Below, one piece after another: positions 63,068-64,000 of a stretch of DNA of 64,000 bases; positions within the stretch are counted from its first letter, which is position 1, and each line of letters opens with the position of its first letter. The notes beneath the pieces were generated by a model. That model worked only from the letters and a program-made list of their open reading frames with translations, was not told the origin of the DNA and ran no database searches. Source of the stretch: an uncultured virus (IMG/VR IMGVR_UViG_3300031918_000015) (taxonomy: Duplodnaviria > Heunggongvirae > Uroviricota > Caudoviricetes). The stretch spans positions 1-64,000 of the IMG/VR virus record IMGVR_UViG_3300031918_000015; one strand, written 5' to 3'. Position numbers and translations under genes: made by a program.

Positions 63068-63718
63068 ATGAAAAGAGAATTTGATGGAAAAGTAAAATTA
63101 ACTGGTGTAGGTTATGCAGATGGAATAAAAGCAGAAAAGTTAATTGTTGGTGATATATTAGCTTGTTCTTTTGGATATTCAGAAAAGATAGTTAAAATTG
63201 AAGATATAAGTAAATCATATATATTAGTTACTCTTGAATATGAATCAATTTGTACACATAAAACAGAAGTTGCTGAGAAGAAAATTAAAAAAGATAGAAT
63301 AGTTCCAGTATCTAAATTAGTTGAAGAAGTTAAAAAAGAAACTATAGAATCAATAGAAATTACTGAAACTTTTGAAAGTGTCGAAGCTGAAATAGAAATA
63401 ATTGAAAAAGAATTATTAAAAGAAGTCAGATTAAATAAATTAATTGAAGGAACTGGATTCAATACAATTATATTAGAATGTATTACACCTTTTGATTGTG
63501 GACGATACAAAGTTAAACAAGGACATATAAAACGTATTGATTCTAAGAAATGGGAAGAATATAAAGACGATGATTGTTTTGAAAGTTGTGGAGCGGTTCA
63601 TCCAAAATTATTTTATAAAGTTGTTCAAAATGGTATTATTAAAACTCAATATGGAGATGAGTTATATAATAAACTAATGGATTTGTATAAAAAATCTAAT
63701 ATGTTACTAGGAATTTAG
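63068..63718 (+). CDS. Hypothetical protein
   Basis: AAAGGAG RBS before MKREF, behind a promoter cassette. Confidence 0.65.
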   Translation: MKREFDGKVKLTGVGYADGIKAEKLIVGDILACSFGYSEKIVKIEDISKSYILVTLEYESICTHKTEVAEKKIKKDRIVPVSKLVEEVKKETIESIEITETFESVEAEIEIIEKELLKEVRLNKLIEGTGFNTIILECITPFDCGRYKVKQGHIKRIDSKKWEEYKDDDCFESCGAVHPKLFYKVVQNGIIKTQYGDELYNKLMDLYKKSNMLLGI

Positions 63719-63742
63719 AATAATATAAAAAGAAGGTGAAAA

Positions 63743-63925
63743 ATGATTACTCATAATTGCAATAATTTAAGATGTGGAGGTAATTTTAGTGGACAATGCA
63801 GACAAGTATATTTTACTTGTAGTTTACATATGATGATTGGAACAGATCAACAAAGAGCCTTAGAAGATATATTAAAAGAAAAAGGTAAAGACTTTTATAA
63901 AGAGTATAGAAAATATATCAAATAA
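63743..63925 (+). CDS. Small Cys-rich protein
   Basis: CNNLRC...C...C; GAAGGTG RBS. Confidence 0.55.
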   Translation: MITHNCNNLRCGGNFSGQCRQVYFTCSLHMMIGTDQQRALEDILKEKGKDFYKEYRKYIK

Positions 63926-64000
63926 TGAATTGTTAAAATTAGTATTTTTATTTTGAAATTTAATAAATTAATCAAAGGAAAGTATGGATAAAAATTATAA

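Larger units (their letters stand above)
1..64000. mobile_element. Large temperate SPbeta-like phage-plasmid (partial), probable Clostridium host
   Basis: Terminase/portal/capsid/tail cluster in SPbeta-like order plus plasmid Rep_3, iterons and TubZ partition genes; no host housekeeping genes. Confidence 0.9.

Noticed and set aside
3275..63510. Antisense or shadow ORFs in the track (e.g. 3275, 3815, 4447, 5057, 14582, 19382, 19785, 23088, 26606, 28663, 29582, 31964, 37201, 37588, 45505, 52230, 55092, 56991, 57837, 62197, 63112)
   Set aside because: They overlap well-supported genes on the opposite strand, lack RBSs and have the F/L/S/I-rich composition of reverse-complemented AT-rich coding DNA
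1..64000. Arbitrium (aimR/aimP), integrase, reverse transcriptase/DGR
   Set aside because: No TPR receptor-peptide pair, recombinase catalytic motifs or YxDD reverse transcriptase among the ORFs; they could lie outside the window

Overview
AT-rich (roughly a quarter G+C by eye) segment of a large temperate Firmicutes phage-plasmid, most likely with a Clostridium-like host (GGAGG RBSs, sigma-A promoters, TubZ/TubR/TubY as in C. botulinum phage c-st). About 3.7-32.5 kb (minus strand) is an SPbeta-like late cluster. In transcription order it holds a single-subunit YonO/RdRP-like RNA polymerase, HU, a beta-CASP nuclease, a ~0.7-0.8 kb highly structured non-coding tract (ROOL/GOLLD-class candidate), AntA, a phosphoesterase, a ClpP-like protein, HNH, TerS, TerL, portal, protease/scaffold, decoration, capsid, head-tail proteins and tail tube. 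About 35.9-46 kb is a plasmid maintenance block: Rep_3 initiator with 12 iterons, type III partition tubR-tubZ-tubY, an Mrr-like nuclease, and FtsK plus a replication-relaxation protein. About 47-51 kb has two convergent HNH-AP2 genes around a non-coding, skew-switching tract that may be the packaging end. About 51-64 kb (plus strand) is early/accessory genes behind repeated promoter cassettes. The most notable unexplained signals are the large ncRNA next to a beta-CASP nuclease, a fixed-geometry composite site TAAAA-N6-TTTTA-N11-TTCTATTAATTT at gene boundaries, a 26/27-bp inverted repeat linking the late-operon start to the putative terminus, and an in-frame A_AAA_AAG -1 frameshift joining two HNH half-genes. 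No integrase, tape measure, lysis genes, tRNA or CRISPR array were seen. All family calls come from motif recognition by eye; no searches were run.
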